This document shows, piece after piece, positions 48,805-59,532 of a stretch of 64,000 bases of DNA. The translations under genes were made by a program, and so were the position numbers. The stretch spans positions 1,472,001 through 1,536,000 of the forward strand of contig OZ244852.1 of the NCBI GenBank assembly GCA_965220965.1, read 5' to 3'. Position 1 is the stretch's first letter. The number at the start of each line of letters is the position of its first letter. The notes beneath the pieces were generated by a model, which was given only the letters and a program-made list of their open reading frames with translations, was not told the DNA's origin and did no database searches. The DNA comes from Candidatus Marinacidobacterium sp. Lineage in GTDB: Bacteria > Acidobacteriota > Vicinamibacteria > Marinacidobacterales > Marinacidobacteraceae.

Positions 48805-50963
48805 CAGCCGGGCGGGTCTCCCGGGGCGCTGGAGCTCCCGCTCAGCTCGCGGAGGTCGCCCACGGTGGCGAAGAGGGCGTCCAGCCGGGCGAGCAGCGCC
48901 AGCCGGTTCTCCCGAAGCGCCTCGTCCTCGGCCATCACCAGAACCTCGTCGAAGAAGCGGTCGACGGCGTCGCGCAGGTCAGCGAGCGCTCCGATGCCAG
49001 CGCGGTAGTTCGTCTCAGCGAAGTATGCGCGCACCTTCGCTTCGCCGGTCTCGAGCGCCTCGTGGAGCGTCCGCTCCGCCGACGCCTGGAACCGGTCGGG
49101 GCGCACCGGGGGCAGTTTGCCGTCCGAGGGGGCATCCGGAAGGATCCGCCGCACCCGGGTCGCGGCGACCGCCAGCGCCTGGAGGTCGTCGTGTCCCCGG
49201 ACCGTCTCGAGCGCCTCGACCTGCTTCCGGAAGTCGAGCAGGCTCGAGGAGCCGCCGGGTCCGGCGAGCACGGCGCGGGCCTCGTCCCGGCATCCAGCAC
49301 TCGCGAACGCGGAGACCAGCCGGTCCCGGAAGAACGCGTCGAGCCGGGCGCGGGCTTCTTCCCGCTCCGCCGCGCCGAAGCCGTCGTATCCGCCGAGCGC
49401 CTCGTCGAGCAGGTCGCCCGGCGGCATCGCTTCGAAGACCGTCAGGATCCTGATCAAGGAGAACGCAGCACGCCGGAGGCCGAACGGGTCCCCTCCCCCG
49501 GTGGCGCTCTCACCGGCGAGCGTCAACCCGGCGAGCGAGTCGGCGGCGTCCGCGATCGAGACCGCGACCCCCACCCTTGTCTCTGGCAGAGGCCCGGTGA
49601 GCCCCCCGGGCCGGTAGTGGTCGTAGACCGCGCGCCAGACGGCCTCCGACTCGCCCGCCTCCCGGAGCAGCAGTCCCCCGGCGACCCCCTGGAGCGAGGC
49701 GAACTCGCCCACCAGCCCGGTCGTGAGATCGCACTTGGCGAGCCCGGCGGCCTTCGCGGCGGCCTCCGGGTCCGCGTCCACCGTGGGGGCGATCCGCCGC
49801 GCCAGCCTCTCGAGCCGGTCGGCCTTGTCGGCGAAGCTCCCGAGGCGACGGTGGAAGAGCACCCCGGCGAGATCCTTCCGCCGGTCCGCGAGCGGGGTCT
49901 TCCGGTCCTCGTCCCAGAAGAACTGCGCGTCGCGGAGCCGCGCGAGGACGACGCGCTCGCTCCCCCGGCGGATCGCCCCGGTGGCGTCGTCCGGCTGGTT
50001 CGTGACCGCGACGAACGCCGGAGCGCCCACCAACGGGATGTACTTCTGATGGTGGACGAGGACGGCGTGGCGGATCTCCTCGGGGAGATCGAGGAACGAC
50101 CCGGGGTACTCGCCGAGGACGGTCCCCGGCCACTCGACCAGGTTCGCCAGGCTCTCGACGTCGGTCCCCTCGGCGCGCTTCGCTCCGGCCTCGGTCTCGT
50201 GGGCGGCGACCGCTTCTTCGAGCCGCCGGACCCGCTCCTGTGGGTCGAGGCAGACGAACCGCCGCTCGAGGCCATCCGTTAGCTCGGCGAGCGAATGGGC
50301 GCGGAACGGCGCGCCCGCCTCGACGCCGTCCTCCGCCCGGAACCGGTGGCCCCGGCTCGTGTCCGACGCCTCGACCGGGGGCCCGTCGCGCCGCTCGATG
50401 GAGAACGGGACGACTTTCCCCCCGAACACCGCGAGGATCCAGCGGATCGGCCGGCCGAAGGGGAACGCGTTCCCGGAGATCGAGGCGTCCCAGGACATCG
50501 CCTTCGGGAAGTGGAGACCGCGGAGCGCGCTTTCCAGCACGCCCGGCAGGACCTCGAGCGCCGGGCGTCCGGCGACCGTCCGGCGGATCGCCACGTAGTC
50601 CCCGCGCGGCGTCTTCTCGATCGACAGCGCGGCGTCGAGTTCTTCCTCCGACACCCCCTGCTTCTTCGCGAACCCGGTCGCCGCCCGGGTCCAGGCCCCC
50701 GGGCCGCCGGCGATCCGCGCCGGGGGCCCGAGGAGCGTCTCGTCGCGGTCCGGCTGGCGCTCCGCCACCGCTTCCGCGTGGGCGACGAGGCGGCGCGGCC
50801 CGCCGAGGCCGCGCGCCGGGGACACCAGAAGCCGCTCCTGCTCGAGCCCTTCGCCGACCAGCCGCGCGAAGTCACGGACCAGGTCCGGGAGCCACCCGGC
50901 GGGAAGCTCCTCGCAGCCGATCTCGACGAGGAGTTCCCGCGCGGGAGGCGCCTTCGCGCTCAT
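48804..50963 (-). CDS. glyS: Glycine--tRNA ligase beta subunit
   Basis: [32 protein letters not shown] and DPFGLRR. Confidence 0.95.
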   Translation of the reverse strand: MSAKAPPARELLVEIGCEELPAGWLPDLVRDFARLVGEGLEQERLLVSPARGLGGPRRLVAHAEAVAERQPDRDETLLGPPARIAGGPGAWTRAATGFAKKQGVSEEELDAALSIEKTPRGDYVAIRRTVAGRPALEVLPGVLESALRGLHFPKAMSWDASISGNAFPFGRPIRWILAVFGGKVVPFSIERRDGPPVEASDTSRGHRFRAEDGVEAGAPFRAHSLAELTDGLERRFVCLDPQERVRRLEEAVAAHETEAGAKRAEGTDVESLANLVEWPGTVLGEYPGSFLDLPEEIRHAVLVHHQKYIPLVGAPAFVAVTNQPDDATGAIRRGSERVVLARLRDAQFFWDEDRKTPLADRRKDLAGVLFHRRLGSFADKADRLERLARRIAPTVDADPEAAAKAAGLAKCDLTTGLVGEFASLQGVAGGLLLREAGESEAVWRAVYDHYRPGGLTGPLPETRVGVAVSIADAADSLAGLTLAGESATGGGDPFGLRRAAFSLIRILTVFEAMPPGDLLDEALGGYDGFGAAEREEARARLDAFFRDRLVSAFASAGCRDEARAVLAGPGGSSSLLDFRKQVEALETVRGHDDLQALAVAATRVRRILPDAPSDGKLPPVRPDRFQASAERTLHEALETGEAKVRAYFAETNYRAGIGALADLRDAVDRFFDEVLVMAEDEALRENRLALLARLDALFATVGDLRELSGSSSAPGDPPG

Positions 50964-51817
50964 GCGGCCTCCTCCTCTCCGCCCGGCGCCAGATGCCGCT
51001 TCGCCGCCTGGGTGGCCAGCCGCCGGACCGCGAGGATGCGCGCCGCCCGGTCGCTCACCGAGACCGCGCCGCGCGCGTCCAGCAGGTTGAACAGGTGGGA
51101 AGCGCGCAGGCACTGCTCGTAGCCCGGGATCACGAGGCCCTCGGCGAGCAGCCGGCGGCCGTCCTCGACCGCCTCGTCGAACCCGCGGGCGAGCGCGGCG
51201 ATGTCCGCCGACTCGAACGCGTAGCGCGAGCTCTCGACCTCGTCCTGGTGGCGGACCCGCCGGTAGGGAACCCCGGGGGCCCACTCGAGGTCGTAGACGT
51301 TCCCCACGTCCTGGATGTACATCGCGAGCCGCTCCAGCCCGTAGGTGATCTCGACCGACACCGGGGACAGGTCCACCCCGCCGGCCTGCTGGAAGTAGGT
51401 GAACTGGCTGATCTCGAGCCCGTCGAGCAGGACCTGCCAGCCGACCCCCCACGCGCCCAGCATGGGCGAGGCCCAGTTGTCCTCCTCGAAGCGGATGTCG
51501 TGCTCGGCGGCGACGACGCCGCAGGCGGCGAGGCTCTCGAGGTAGATGTCCTGGATGTCCTCGGGGGCCGGCTTCAGGATCAACTGGAGCTGGTGGTGCT
51601 TGTAGAGCCGATTCGGGTTCTCGCCGTAGCGCCCGTCCGCCGGGCGGCGGGAGGGCTGGACGTAGACGACCTTCCACGGTTCGGGACCGAGGACGCGGAA
51701 GAACGTCTCGGGGTGCATCGTCCCGGCGCCCAGCTCCATGTCGTAGGGCTGGACAACCACCGCCCCGCGGTCGGCCCAGATCCCGGTCAGGTTCGTGATC
51801 AGGTCCTGAAAGTTCAT
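50960..51817 (-). CDS. glyQ: Glycine--tRNA ligase alpha subunit
   Basis: [30 protein letters not shown] and EITYGLERL. Confidence 0.97.
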   Translation of the reverse strand: MNFQDLITNLTGIWADRGAVVVQPYDMELGAGTMHPETFFRVLGPEPWKVVYVQPSRRPADGRYGENPNRLYKHHQLQLILKPAPEDIQDIYLESLAACGVVAAEHDIRFEEDNWASPMLGAWGVGWQVLLDGLEISQFTYFQQAGGVDLSPVSVEITYGLERLAMYIQDVGNVYDLEWAPGVPYRRVRHQDEVESSRYAFESADIAALARGFDEAVEDGRRLLAEGLVIPGYEQCLRASHLFNLLDARGAVSVSDRAARILAVRRLATQAAKRHLAPGGEEEAA

Positions 51818-51838
51818 GGCGGGAAGCTCATCGCGGGG

Positions 51839-52612
51839 TCAGGCCGGCGCCGGCGCGTCCCCGGCGCCCGAACGGAGCAGCGTCTCGAGCGTCGTCCGCG
51901 CCGGCAGCCCGCGCTCGGCGGCGGCCACCGTCAGCCGGCCGTGGAAGTGGAAGAGCTCCGCGCCCACCGCGCCGGGCGCCTCGATCGCGGCCGGGCCCTG
52001 ACGCCAGAAGTCGGCGAGCGCGGCGAAGGCCGGGCCCGAGAGCCGGCCGGTGGGCTCCCCGCGACCGGGGGCGCAGTCCGGGCAGGCGAACACCGGGCCG
52101 GAAGCGAAGAACGACCCGCCCCCGGTCTCGAACCCCTTCCCGCACTCGCAGCGGCCGGGGCGCGGGTAGAGCCCCGCCAGCCGGAGCGCCCAGGCCTCGA
52201 AGTAGGCCGTCACCAGATGGACCGGACGCTTGAGGACGAGGGCGTCCCGGCAGGCGGCGAGGAGGCGGTAGAGGCGCGGGTTCGGCTCGCGCTCGAGGGC
52301 GAAGAGATCCACGAGCTCGGAAAGGTAGCGGAGCGCGCCTCCGAGGACCGGATCGCGGACGAGCGGGAGCGCCGAGGCGACGAGGTCGCAGCGGTCCACC
52401 TGGACCAGTTCGCGGCCCTCGCGCTCGAACCAGCCGACGTCCACCTCGTTCCCGGCCCCGAGGCAGCTCCCGAACCGGGACTTCGGCTTCCTGGCGCCGC
52501 GGGCCCAGCCCCGCAGCTTGCCCTCGTCGGCACTGAACAGCACGACGACGAGGTCCGCCTCGGCCACCCGATAGGTCCGCAGCACGAAACAGCGCGCCTG
52601 CCGCACCGGCAT
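51839..52612 (-). CDS. recO: DNA repair protein RecO
   Basis: EADLVV, ARGARKPKSRFG, and zinc finger CECG...CPDC; upstream of glyQ. Confidence 0.92.
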   Translation of the reverse strand: MPVRQARCFVLRTYRVAEADLVVVLFSADEGKLRGWARGARKPKSRFGSCLGAGNEVDVGWFEREGRELVQVDRCDLVASALPLVRDPVLGGALRYLSELVDLFALEREPNPRLYRLLAACRDALVLKRPVHLVTAYFEAWALRLAGLYPRPGRCECGKGFETGGGSFFASGPVFACPDCAPGRGEPTGRLSGPAFAALADFWRQGPAAIEAPGAVGAELFHFHGRLTVAAAERGLPARTTLETLLRSGAGDAPAPA

Positions 52613-52634
52613 GGACGGCCTCCCCGCTGGCCGC

Positions 52635-53993
52635 TCAGAAGGCGGTCAGCAGGGCGGTCCCGAGACCGAGGAAGAGGAGGAAGCCGGCGACGTCGGTCGC
52701 GGTGGTGACGAAGACCGAGGAGGCGAGCGCCGGATCCACCGACAGCCAGCGGAGCGTCAGCGGCATCAGGGTGCCGACGATCGCGGCGACCACCAGCGTC
52801 CCGACCATCGCGAGCGCGAGCGCGATGCCGATGCGGGGGTCCCCCTTCCACGCCCAGGCGACCGAGCCGATGAGCAGGCCGAGCAGCAGCCCGTTGACCC
52901 CGCCCACCGCCAGCTCCTTGAACAGCGCCTTGCGGCTGTTCTTCCAGCTCAGCTCACCGAGCGCGATCCCCCGGACCATGACGGTGAGCGTCTGGTTGCC
53001 GGCGTTCCCGCCGAGGAGCGGCACCATCGGCATGAAGACCGCGAGGATCGCGAATCGGGCAATGGACGCCTCGAAGAGGCTGACGACCGCGGCGGCGAGG
53101 AAGGCGGTCCCCACGTTGACCGCGAGCCACGGGGCCCGCATGCGGACCGACCGCGCCCAGCGGGTGAACACGCTCTCCGAGACCCCGAGGCCCGCCATCC
53201 GGTACATGTCCTCGGTCGCCTCCTCCTTGATGACGTCGATCACGTCGTCCACGGTGATCACGCCCACCAGCTTGCCGTGGGCGTTCACGACCGGGACCGC
53301 GAGGATGTTGTAGCTGGCGACGAGCTGGGCCACTTCCTCCTGGTCCATGTCGGTCCGGACCCGGAGGACATCGGTGACCATGACCTCGGAGAGGAGCGCT
53401 TCCGGCCGCCGGTGGAGCAACTGGCGCAGCGAGAGCACCCCGACCAGCGTTCCGTGGGGGTCCACGATGTAGATGTAGAAGACCATCTCCACATCGGGGG
53501 ACTGCTGGAGCTGGCGGATGGCCTCGCCGATCGTGGTGTCCTCGGGAAGCGAGAACACCTTCGGGTTCATGATCCGCCCGGCGGTCTCCTCCGGGTACTG
53601 GAGGAGGTCCTCGACGTCGGAGGCCTCGCGGGACCGCATCCCGCGGAGGACTTCCTCGCGCAGCTCCTCGGGGAGCGCGGCGAGGAAACCGGCGGCGTCG
53701 TCGGGGTCGAGCTCCTGGAGGACCTGGGAGACCTCCGGGGGCTTCAGCCGGACGAGGAGCTGGCCGCCGCGGTCGAGGCCCATGTCGCCGAGCGCCCCGG
53801 CGGCGAGCGACAGGTCCCGCTCGAACAGGACCCGGAAGGTCTTCAGCCGGTACGCCTCGGGGAGGTCGGTGAGGACCTGGCCGATGTCGGCCGGATGGAG
53901 CTTGGAGAGGATCCGGTGCGCGTTAGCGAACGCCCCCCGGGACACCAGCTTCCACACGGTCTCCGCGAGCAGCGGAGTCTTGGTAAGAACCAT
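52635..53993 (-). CDS. mgtE: Magnesium transporter MgtE
   Basis: LHPADI, TAGRIM, CBS pair, GGNAGNQT and DPALAS..VTT.TD. Confidence 0.95.
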   Translation of the reverse strand: MVLTKTPLLAETVWKLVSRGAFANAHRILSKLHPADIGQVLTDLPEAYRLKTFRVLFERDLSLAAGALGDMGLDRGGQLLVRLKPPEVSQVLQELDPDDAAGFLAALPEELREEVLRGMRSREASDVEDLLQYPEETAGRIMNPKVFSLPEDTTIGEAIRQLQQSPDVEMVFYIYIVDPHGTLVGVLSLRQLLHRRPEALLSEVMVTDVLRVRTDMDQEEVAQLVASYNILAVPVVNAHGKLVGVITVDDVIDVIKEEATEDMYRMAGLGVSESVFTRWARSVRMRAPWLAVNVGTAFLAAAVVSLFEASIARFAILAVFMPMVPLLGGNAGNQTLTVMVRGIALGELSWKNSRKALFKELAVGGVNGLLLGLLIGSVAWAWKGDPRIGIALALAMVGTLVVAAIVGTLMPLTLRWLSVDPALASSVFVTTATDVAGFLLFLGLGTALLTAF

Positions 53994-54173
53994 GGTGAAT
54001 CAGGGTGGGGGCTTGCTTGAGCGCCTTTTTCCAGGACCTTGAGGCGGGGCGCACCTCGACGGAACCCGGGCCGGGTTCCGGAGGTTTGGCGGAGCCGTCG
54101 CGCTGCATTGGCGCCGAATTTACCATGCGGCGGAAGGCCGCCGGACGCCCTCGGCCGCGAGTTCCGGGACGGT

Positions 54174-55286
54174 TCAGCCGGCGCGCGCGGGCGCCGGATC
54201 GGCGGCCACCGCGAGCGCCAGCGCGGCGAGCGCATCCCGCCCGTCGAGGCTCGAGGACTTGAGCCGGAGATCGGTCGCGGCGGCCTCCCGGAGGAGCCGG
54301 CGCAGCGCGGCGGGCGTGAAACGCCCGGCGGTGGCGCGGATCTCGTCGGCCACCCGGGGAGGGACGCCGAGCGCCCCCGCCAGCGACTCGCCTCCCGGCC
54401 TCCACGCCTGCGCAAGCTGGATCTGGACGAGGAGGCGGTAGAGCAGCGGGAGCAGCGCGATCGGGTCCTCGCCGTCGGCCAGCAGCCGGTCCAGCGCGTC
54501 GAGCGCGGGCCCCGCTTCGCCCCGCTGGAGGGCGTTCGTGAACCGGAAACGGTCCCGCAGGCTCCCTCCCCCGCCCACCTGATCCATGTCATCGAGCGAG
54601 ACCGCGGCGCCGGACTCCCCGCCCGCGAACAGGAAGAGCTTGTCCAGCTCGTTCGTCTGGCGGCGGAGGTCGTTGCCGAAGCGCTCGGCGAGCCGCTCGG
54701 CGCCGCCCTTCGGCAACTTCAGGCCGCGCGCTTTCGCGGCGCCCCGGATCCACGCCGGCATGCTCGCCTCGACCGGGGGATCGGCGTCCACCACCACCGC
54801 CCGGCCCTCCTTCACCGCGGCCGCCAGCGCATTGCCGAGGGCGCTCCACTCCTTGCGCCGCCGATCCGGGTCGCGCTCCCACTCGACGGCGATGACGGCC
54901 GCTCCGGGGGGGCGGGCGACGAGGTCCGCGAACGCCTCCGCCAGCGCCCGCCCGCGCTTCGTCCGCTGCGGTTGCGCGAGGCGCACGGCGTTCTCGACGA
55001 GGACGACCGGGCCGCCGCCGAACGAGACGGTTCGCGCCGAACTCTCGAGCTGGTCCCGGGTCATCGCGGCCCCGTTCAGCCGGCGGCGCCGGAACGGGGC
55101 GGGCTCGTTCCCGAGATGGTGTTCGGCGATGCGGCGGAGCGCTCCCTGGCGGAGCCAGGCGTCGGCCCCTCCCACGATGTAGAGGCCCGGCCCTTCGGGC
55201 GGGAAGAGGCTCCCTTCCAGACCCGCCGCCGGAACCGGCCGAAGCGGCGCGAACGTCTCGGCGAAGCCGCGCCGCCCCCAGGCCAT
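54174..55286 (-). CDS. holA: DNA polymerase III delta subunit
   Basis: ELDKLFLF and DLRLKSS; conserved leuS-lptE-holA order. Confidence 0.85.
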   Translation of the reverse strand: MAWGRRGFAETFAPLRPVPAAGLEGSLFPPEGPGLYIVGGADAWLRQGALRRIAEHHLGNEPAPFRRRRLNGAAMTRDQLESSARTVSFGGGPVVLVENAVRLAQPQRTKRGRALAEAFADLVARPPGAAVIAVEWERDPDRRRKEWSALGNALAAAVKEGRAVVVDADPPVEASMPAWIRGAAKARGLKLPKGGAERLAERFGNDLRRQTNELDKLFLFAGGESGAAVSLDDMDQVGGGGSLRDRFRFTNALQRGEAGPALDALDRLLADGEDPIALLPLLYRLLVQIQLAQAWRPGGESLAGALGVPPRVADEIRATAGRFTPAALRRLLREAAATDLRLKSSSLDGRDALAALALAVAADPAPARAG

Positions 55287-55301
55287 TGCGGGAATCCCCC
55301 C

Positions 55302-55844
55302 TCAGAACCCCTCGAGGATCGCGACGAGGAGTGAGTCGGCGAACGAGGTGGCGATCCGCCGGAACGCCTGCCCTTCGGTGTTGAAGACGGCGTCGGGGTC
55401 GTCCCCGATGGAGAACTCGTCGCGAAGCGTGAACTCGTCGGAGGAGAAGAGCGCCTCGTCGTTCACCACGTCGAGGAGCTCCACCGTCGCCCGCACGATG
55501 ACCAGATAGGTGGAGGCGGCGCCGGTGGCCGGATCGAGCTGCGCCGGCGAGAAGTCGACGCTCAGGACCGTCCCCGAGAGCACCGCATGGGCGCCCTCTT
55601 CGGTCTCCTGGACGGTGTAGCGGCCGCGGCGGTTCAGCCCGGCGATGAGCTCCTCGGTCATCGCCTCCTCGACTTCGGGGAAGGCGCTCTCGTTCTCGAA
55701 GGGGACGACCGCCACGACCTCGATGTGGCCGGGGAGCCCGGCGCCCAGACCAGCCAGCCGGTACCCGCAAGCGGCGGAGGCGAGCGCCGCGAGGGCGCCG
55801 AGGCCGAGAGCGATGTTCCGCGTCCGCGGGATCCGGCCTCGCAA
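55302..55844 (-). CDS. lptE: LPS assembly lipoprotein LptE
   Basis: Lipobox SAACGYRL; located between leuS and holA. Confidence 0.85.
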   Translation of the reverse strand: MRGRIPRTRNIALGLGALAALASAACGYRLAGLGAGLPGHIEVVAVVPFENESAFPEVEEAMTEELIAGLNRRGRYTVQETEEGAHAVLSGTVLSVDFSPAQLDPATGAASTYLVIVRATVELLDVVNDEALFSSDEFTLRDEFSIGDDPDAVFNTEGQAFRRIATSFADSLLVAILEGF

Positions 55845-55854
55845 CGCGCTCTTC

Positions 55855-58332
55855 CTACGCCGCGACGAAGTTCACCAGCCGGTCGGGCACGGTGACGACC
55901 TTCCGCACCGTGAGGCCCTCGAGATGGCGGTCGACGCCGCGGCTCTGGCGGGCCAGCTCCACGAGCTCCTCGCGCCCGAGCCCGGGGGCCGCCTCGACCC
56001 GGCCGCGCAGCTTCCCGTTGACCTGGACCACGATGAGCACCGTCTCCTCGCGGGCGAGGTCGTCGTCGCACTCAGGCCACGGCGAGTCGAGCAGCGGAAC
56101 CGCGTTCCCGAGCCGCTCCCACAGCTCTTCGGTGAGGTGGGGGGCCATTGGGTTGAGCAGCGCGAGCACCGCTTCGACCGCCTCGCGGACCGCGCGCCGG
56201 GCCGGTTCCGAAGAAGCGCCCGGCAGCCGCGCGAGGACTGCGTTCCAAAGCTCCATGACCGCGGCGATCGCGGTGTTCGGGTGGATCCGCTCGCCCAGGT
56301 CGAGCGTCACCTTGCGGATCGTCTGGTGGGTCTTGCGGCGGAGCGCGAGGTCCTCGTCGGCGAAGTCCTCGTCCCCCGCCGGAAGCGCGACGTCCGGGAG
56401 CCAAGCGGCCTCGCCCGGGATGACCCGCTCGAGCCGCTTCAGGAAGCGGGCCGGCCCCTGGAGGCGGGCGTCGGTCCAGTCCATCTCCTTCTCGGGCGGC
56501 GCTTCGAAGAGGACGTAGAGGCGGATCGCGTCGGCGCCGTGCTCCTCCACCGCGGCGTCCGGGTCCACCACGTTGCCCTTGCTCTTGGACATCTTGGCGC
56601 CGTCCTTGATGACCATCCCCTGGCTGAGCTGGCGGATGACGGGCTCGTCGTGGTGGATGAGCCCCAGGTCGCGCATGACCCGGGTCCAGAACCGACAGTA
56701 GATGAGGTGGAGGATGGCGTGCTCCACGCCGCCGATGTAGAGGTCGATCGGGAACCAGGCGCTGGCGCGCTCCGGCTCGAACGGCGCGGACGCGTTCTCG
56801 GGGTCGAGGTAGCGGTAGAAGTACCAGGACGAGTCCACGAAAGTGTCCATCGTGTCCGTCTCGCGCCGGGCGGCCCCGCCGCAGCGGGGACAGTCCACCC
56901 GGAGCCAGTCCTCCGCCCGCTCGAGCGCGGCGCCCCCCATCCCGGTCAGCTCGACGTCCCTCGGGAGCTCGACCGGCAGGTCGGCTTCGGGAACCGGAAC
57001 CAGATCGCACGAAGGGCAGTGGATCATCGGGATCGGCGTGCCCCAGTAGCGCTGGCGGGAGACGCCCCAGTCGTGGAAGCGCCACTCGGTCCGGGACTTT
57101 CCGAAGCCACCGTCGGCGGCGTGTCGCACCATCGCGGCCCGCGCCTCCTCGCCGGGGAGGCCGCTGAACGGCCCGGAGTTCACGACCGTGCCGTCATCGG
57201 TGAAGGCGCCTTCGGCGGCCTCCGCCTCCGGATCGTTCGGGATGACCACCGGCCGGATCGGGATCCCGTAGCGCAGCGCGAACTCGTGGTCGCGCTCGTC
57301 GTGCGCGGGGACGCACATGACCGCTCCGGCGCCGTAGCCCATGAGCACGTAGTCGGCGACGAACACCGGGATGTCCTCGCCCGAGAACGGGTTCACCGCG
57401 GACACCCCGGTCGCCACCCCGGTCTTTTCGGCGGGGGGCGCCCCCGGCTGCGTCGCCACCGGGCCAGCGGCGTTCGCCCGGTCGATGTACTCCCGCACCT
57501 CGGGGTTCGAGGCGGCGATCTTCCCGGAAGCCGGGTGGGCGGGAGCGAGGACCAGCGCGGTCGCGCCGTAGATCGTGTCCACCCGGGTGGTGAACACCGG
57601 GACCTCGCCTTCGGACCCGAGCGCGGGGATCCGGAAGGTGACCTCCGCGCCCTCGGACTTGCCGATCCAGTTCCGCTGCAGGAGGAGGACCTTCCTCGGC
57701 CACCCGGTCATCTCCTCCATCGCCTGAAGCAGCTCCTCGGCGTAGGCGGTGATGCGGAAGAACCACTGCGGAAGCTCGCGGGAGACGACCTCGGACTCGC
57801 ACCGCCAGCAGCATCCGGCCTCGACCTGCTCGTTCGCCAGCACGGTCTGGCAGCCGGGACACCAGTTCACCGCCCGGTTGGCCCGGTAGACCAGGCCCTT
57901 CTCGCGCATCCGCAGGAAGAACCACTGGTTCCAGCGGTAGTACTCCGGATCGCAGGTCGCGAACTCCCGGTCCCAGTCGTAGCTGAACCCGAGGCGGCGA
58001 AGCTGCCGCCGCATGTGGTCGATGTTGTCGCGGGTCCAGTCGGCCGGATGGACCCCGTGGGCCAGCGCGGCGTTCTCGGCCGGCAGGCCGAGCGCGTCCC
58101 AACCGATCGGATGCATCACGGCGTAGCCGCAGCGCCGCCGGAACCGGGCGACCACGTCGCCGATGGAGTAGTTCCGCACGTGCCCCATGTGGATCCGCCC
58201 CGACGGATAAGGCAGCATCTCGAGGCAGTAGAAGCGGGGTCCGGTGGGGACGTCCGGGGCGCGGAACGCCCCCTCGCGCTCCCAGCGCTCCTGCCACTTC
58301 GTCTCGACGAGGTGATGGGACTTGCGGGTCAT
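55855..58332 (-). CDS. leuS: Leucine--tRNA ligase
   Basis: MLPYPSG.HMGH, GWDALGLPAENAA, SRQRYWGTPIP and KMSKSKGN. Confidence 0.97.
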   Translation of the reverse strand: MTRKSHHLVETKWQERWEREGAFRAPDVPTGPRFYCLEMLPYPSGRIHMGHVRNYSIGDVVARFRRRCGYAVMHPIGWDALGLPAENAALAHGVHPADWTRDNIDHMRRQLRRLGFSYDWDREFATCDPEYYRWNQWFFLRMREKGLVYRANRAVNWCPGCQTVLANEQVEAGCCWRCESEVVSRELPQWFFRITAYAEELLQAMEEMTGWPRKVLLLQRNWIGKSEGAEVTFRIPALGSEGEVPVFTTRVDTIYGATALVLAPAHPASGKIAASNPEVREYIDRANAAGPVATQPGAPPAEKTGVATGVSAVNPFSGEDIPVFVADYVLMGYGAGAVMCVPAHDERDHEFALRYGIPIRPVVIPNDPEAEAAEGAFTDDGTVVNSGPFSGLPGEEARAAMVRHAADGGFGKSRTEWRFHDWGVSRQRYWGTPIPMIHCPSCDLVPVPEADLPVELPRDVELTGMGGAALERAEDWLRVDCPRCGGAARRETDTMDTFVDSSWYFYRYLDPENASAPFEPERASAWFPIDLYIGGVEHAILHLIYCRFWTRVMRDLGLIHHDEPVIRQLSQGMVIKDGAKMSKSKGNVVDPDAAVEEHGADAIRLYVLFEAPPEKEMDWTDARLQGPARFLKRLERVIPGEAAWLPDVALPAGDEDFADEDLALRRKTHQTIRKVTLDLGERIHPNTAIAAVMELWNAVLARLPGASSEPARRAVREAVEAVLALLNPMAPHLTEELWERLGNAVPLLDSPWPECDDDLAREETVLIVVQVNGKLRGRVEAAPGLGREELVELARQSRGVDRHLEGLTVRKVVTVPDRLVNFVAA

Positions 58333-59453
58333 GAGGATGGGCGCGCAGTGTAGGCGCTGGAACCGTTGGAGCGGCCCTCCCCGGTCGACCCGTCGGTCGT
58401 CCCGTCGGCCTTCCCGTCGGCCGGCTCGAGGCGGGCGAGCACTTTCGCCGGAATGGCGCCCGCCGGGAGCGTCGCCATGTCCTCGGGCCGGACCCACCGC
58501 GCCTCCTCCGGGAGCCCGGCGGGAGTCCCGGCGACGCGCGCCTCGAACGCGAACACCGTGATCCGGCGGTTCATCACCTGGTGCCGGAAGGGGGGCAGCG
58601 ACCGGCCCACCGCGAGTTCGAGGCGGAAGCGTTCGCGCACCGCGCGGAGAAGCGCGTCGCGCGGCGCCTCGCCCGGGTCGCAGGGGCCCCCGGGGAAGTC
58701 GTAGAGGCCCTTCAGCGGAGGGGTCTGGCGGCGCACCACCAGGAGGCGCCCTTCCCCGTCCCGGAGGACGCCCCGCGTCGCGCGCACCGTGACCGTCGCC
58801 GGCTTCGGCGCCGGCTCGGGGAACTCGCGCTCCCGGCCCTGGGAGCGGGCGGCGCAGAGGGACTCCACCGGGCACGCTTCGCAGCGCGGCCGCCCCGGGA
58901 TGCAGACGAGCGCGCCCAGCTCCATGAGCGCCTGGTTCCAGTGGCCCGGGTCGCGCGCGCCGCCCGTGGCCATCAGGGCGTCGGCGAGCTCCCGGATGCG
59001 GCGCTCGAATCCGGCGCGTCCCGCGACTCCCTCGACCGCAAAGATCCGCGCGAGGACCCGCCGGACGTTCCCGTCGACGACCGCGACCGGCTCGCCGAAG
59101 GCGATCGAGGCCACCGCCGCCGCGGTGTAGGCCCCGACGCCCGGGAGCTTCCGCAGCTCCGCCGAACTCCGGGGCACTTCCCCGCCCGCTTCGGCGAGGC
59201 GGCGCGCCGCCCGGTGGAGGGCGCGCGCCCGGCGGTAGTAGCCGAGCCCCGACCAGGCGGCGAGCGCCTCGTCCTCGTCGGCCGCCGCGAGCGCCGCCGG
59301 ATCCGGGAAGCGGGCGAGGAACGCGCGATAGCGGGGCAGCATCGCCTCGACCCGGGTCTGCTGGAGCATGACCTCGGAGACCCAGATCCCCCACGGATCC
59401 GGGTCCTCGCGAAACGGCAGCGCCCGGTGGTTCGCCCGGAACCAGTCGAGCAG
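58329..59453 (-). CDS. mutY: A/G-specific adenine glycosylase; start uncertain and non-canonical
   Basis: In-frame upstream of ATG 59369: LLDWFRANHRALPFR..DPWGIWVSEVMLQQT. Further motifs WSGLGYYRRA, LPGVGAYTA, VDGNV and Fe-S C..P.C..CP...C. Confidence 0.92.
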   Translation of the reverse strand: MLDWFRANHRALPFREDPDPWGIWVSEVMLQQTRVEAMLPRYRAFLARFPDPAALAAADEDEALAAWSGLGYYRRARALHRAARRLAEAGGEVPRSSAELRKLPGVGAYTAAAVASIAFGEPVAVVDGNVRRVLARIFAVEGVAGRAGFERRIRELADALMATGGARDPGHWNQALMELGALVCIPGRPRCEACPVESLCAARSQGREREFPEPAPKPATVTVRATRGVLRDGEGRLLVVRRQTPPLKGLYDFPGGPCDPGEAPRDALLRAVRERFRLELAVGRSLPPFRHQVMNRRITVFAFEARVAGTPAGLPEEARWVRPEDMATLPAGAIPAKVLARLEPADGKADGTTDGSTGEGRSNGSSAYTARPSS

Positions 59454-59532
59454 CGCGCGACGGAGCGCCCCGAGAGCCTCCGGGGGCCGACGGGACTGCG
59501 GGTCGGGGCCGGTCGAGGCGCCCCGCCCCGGT

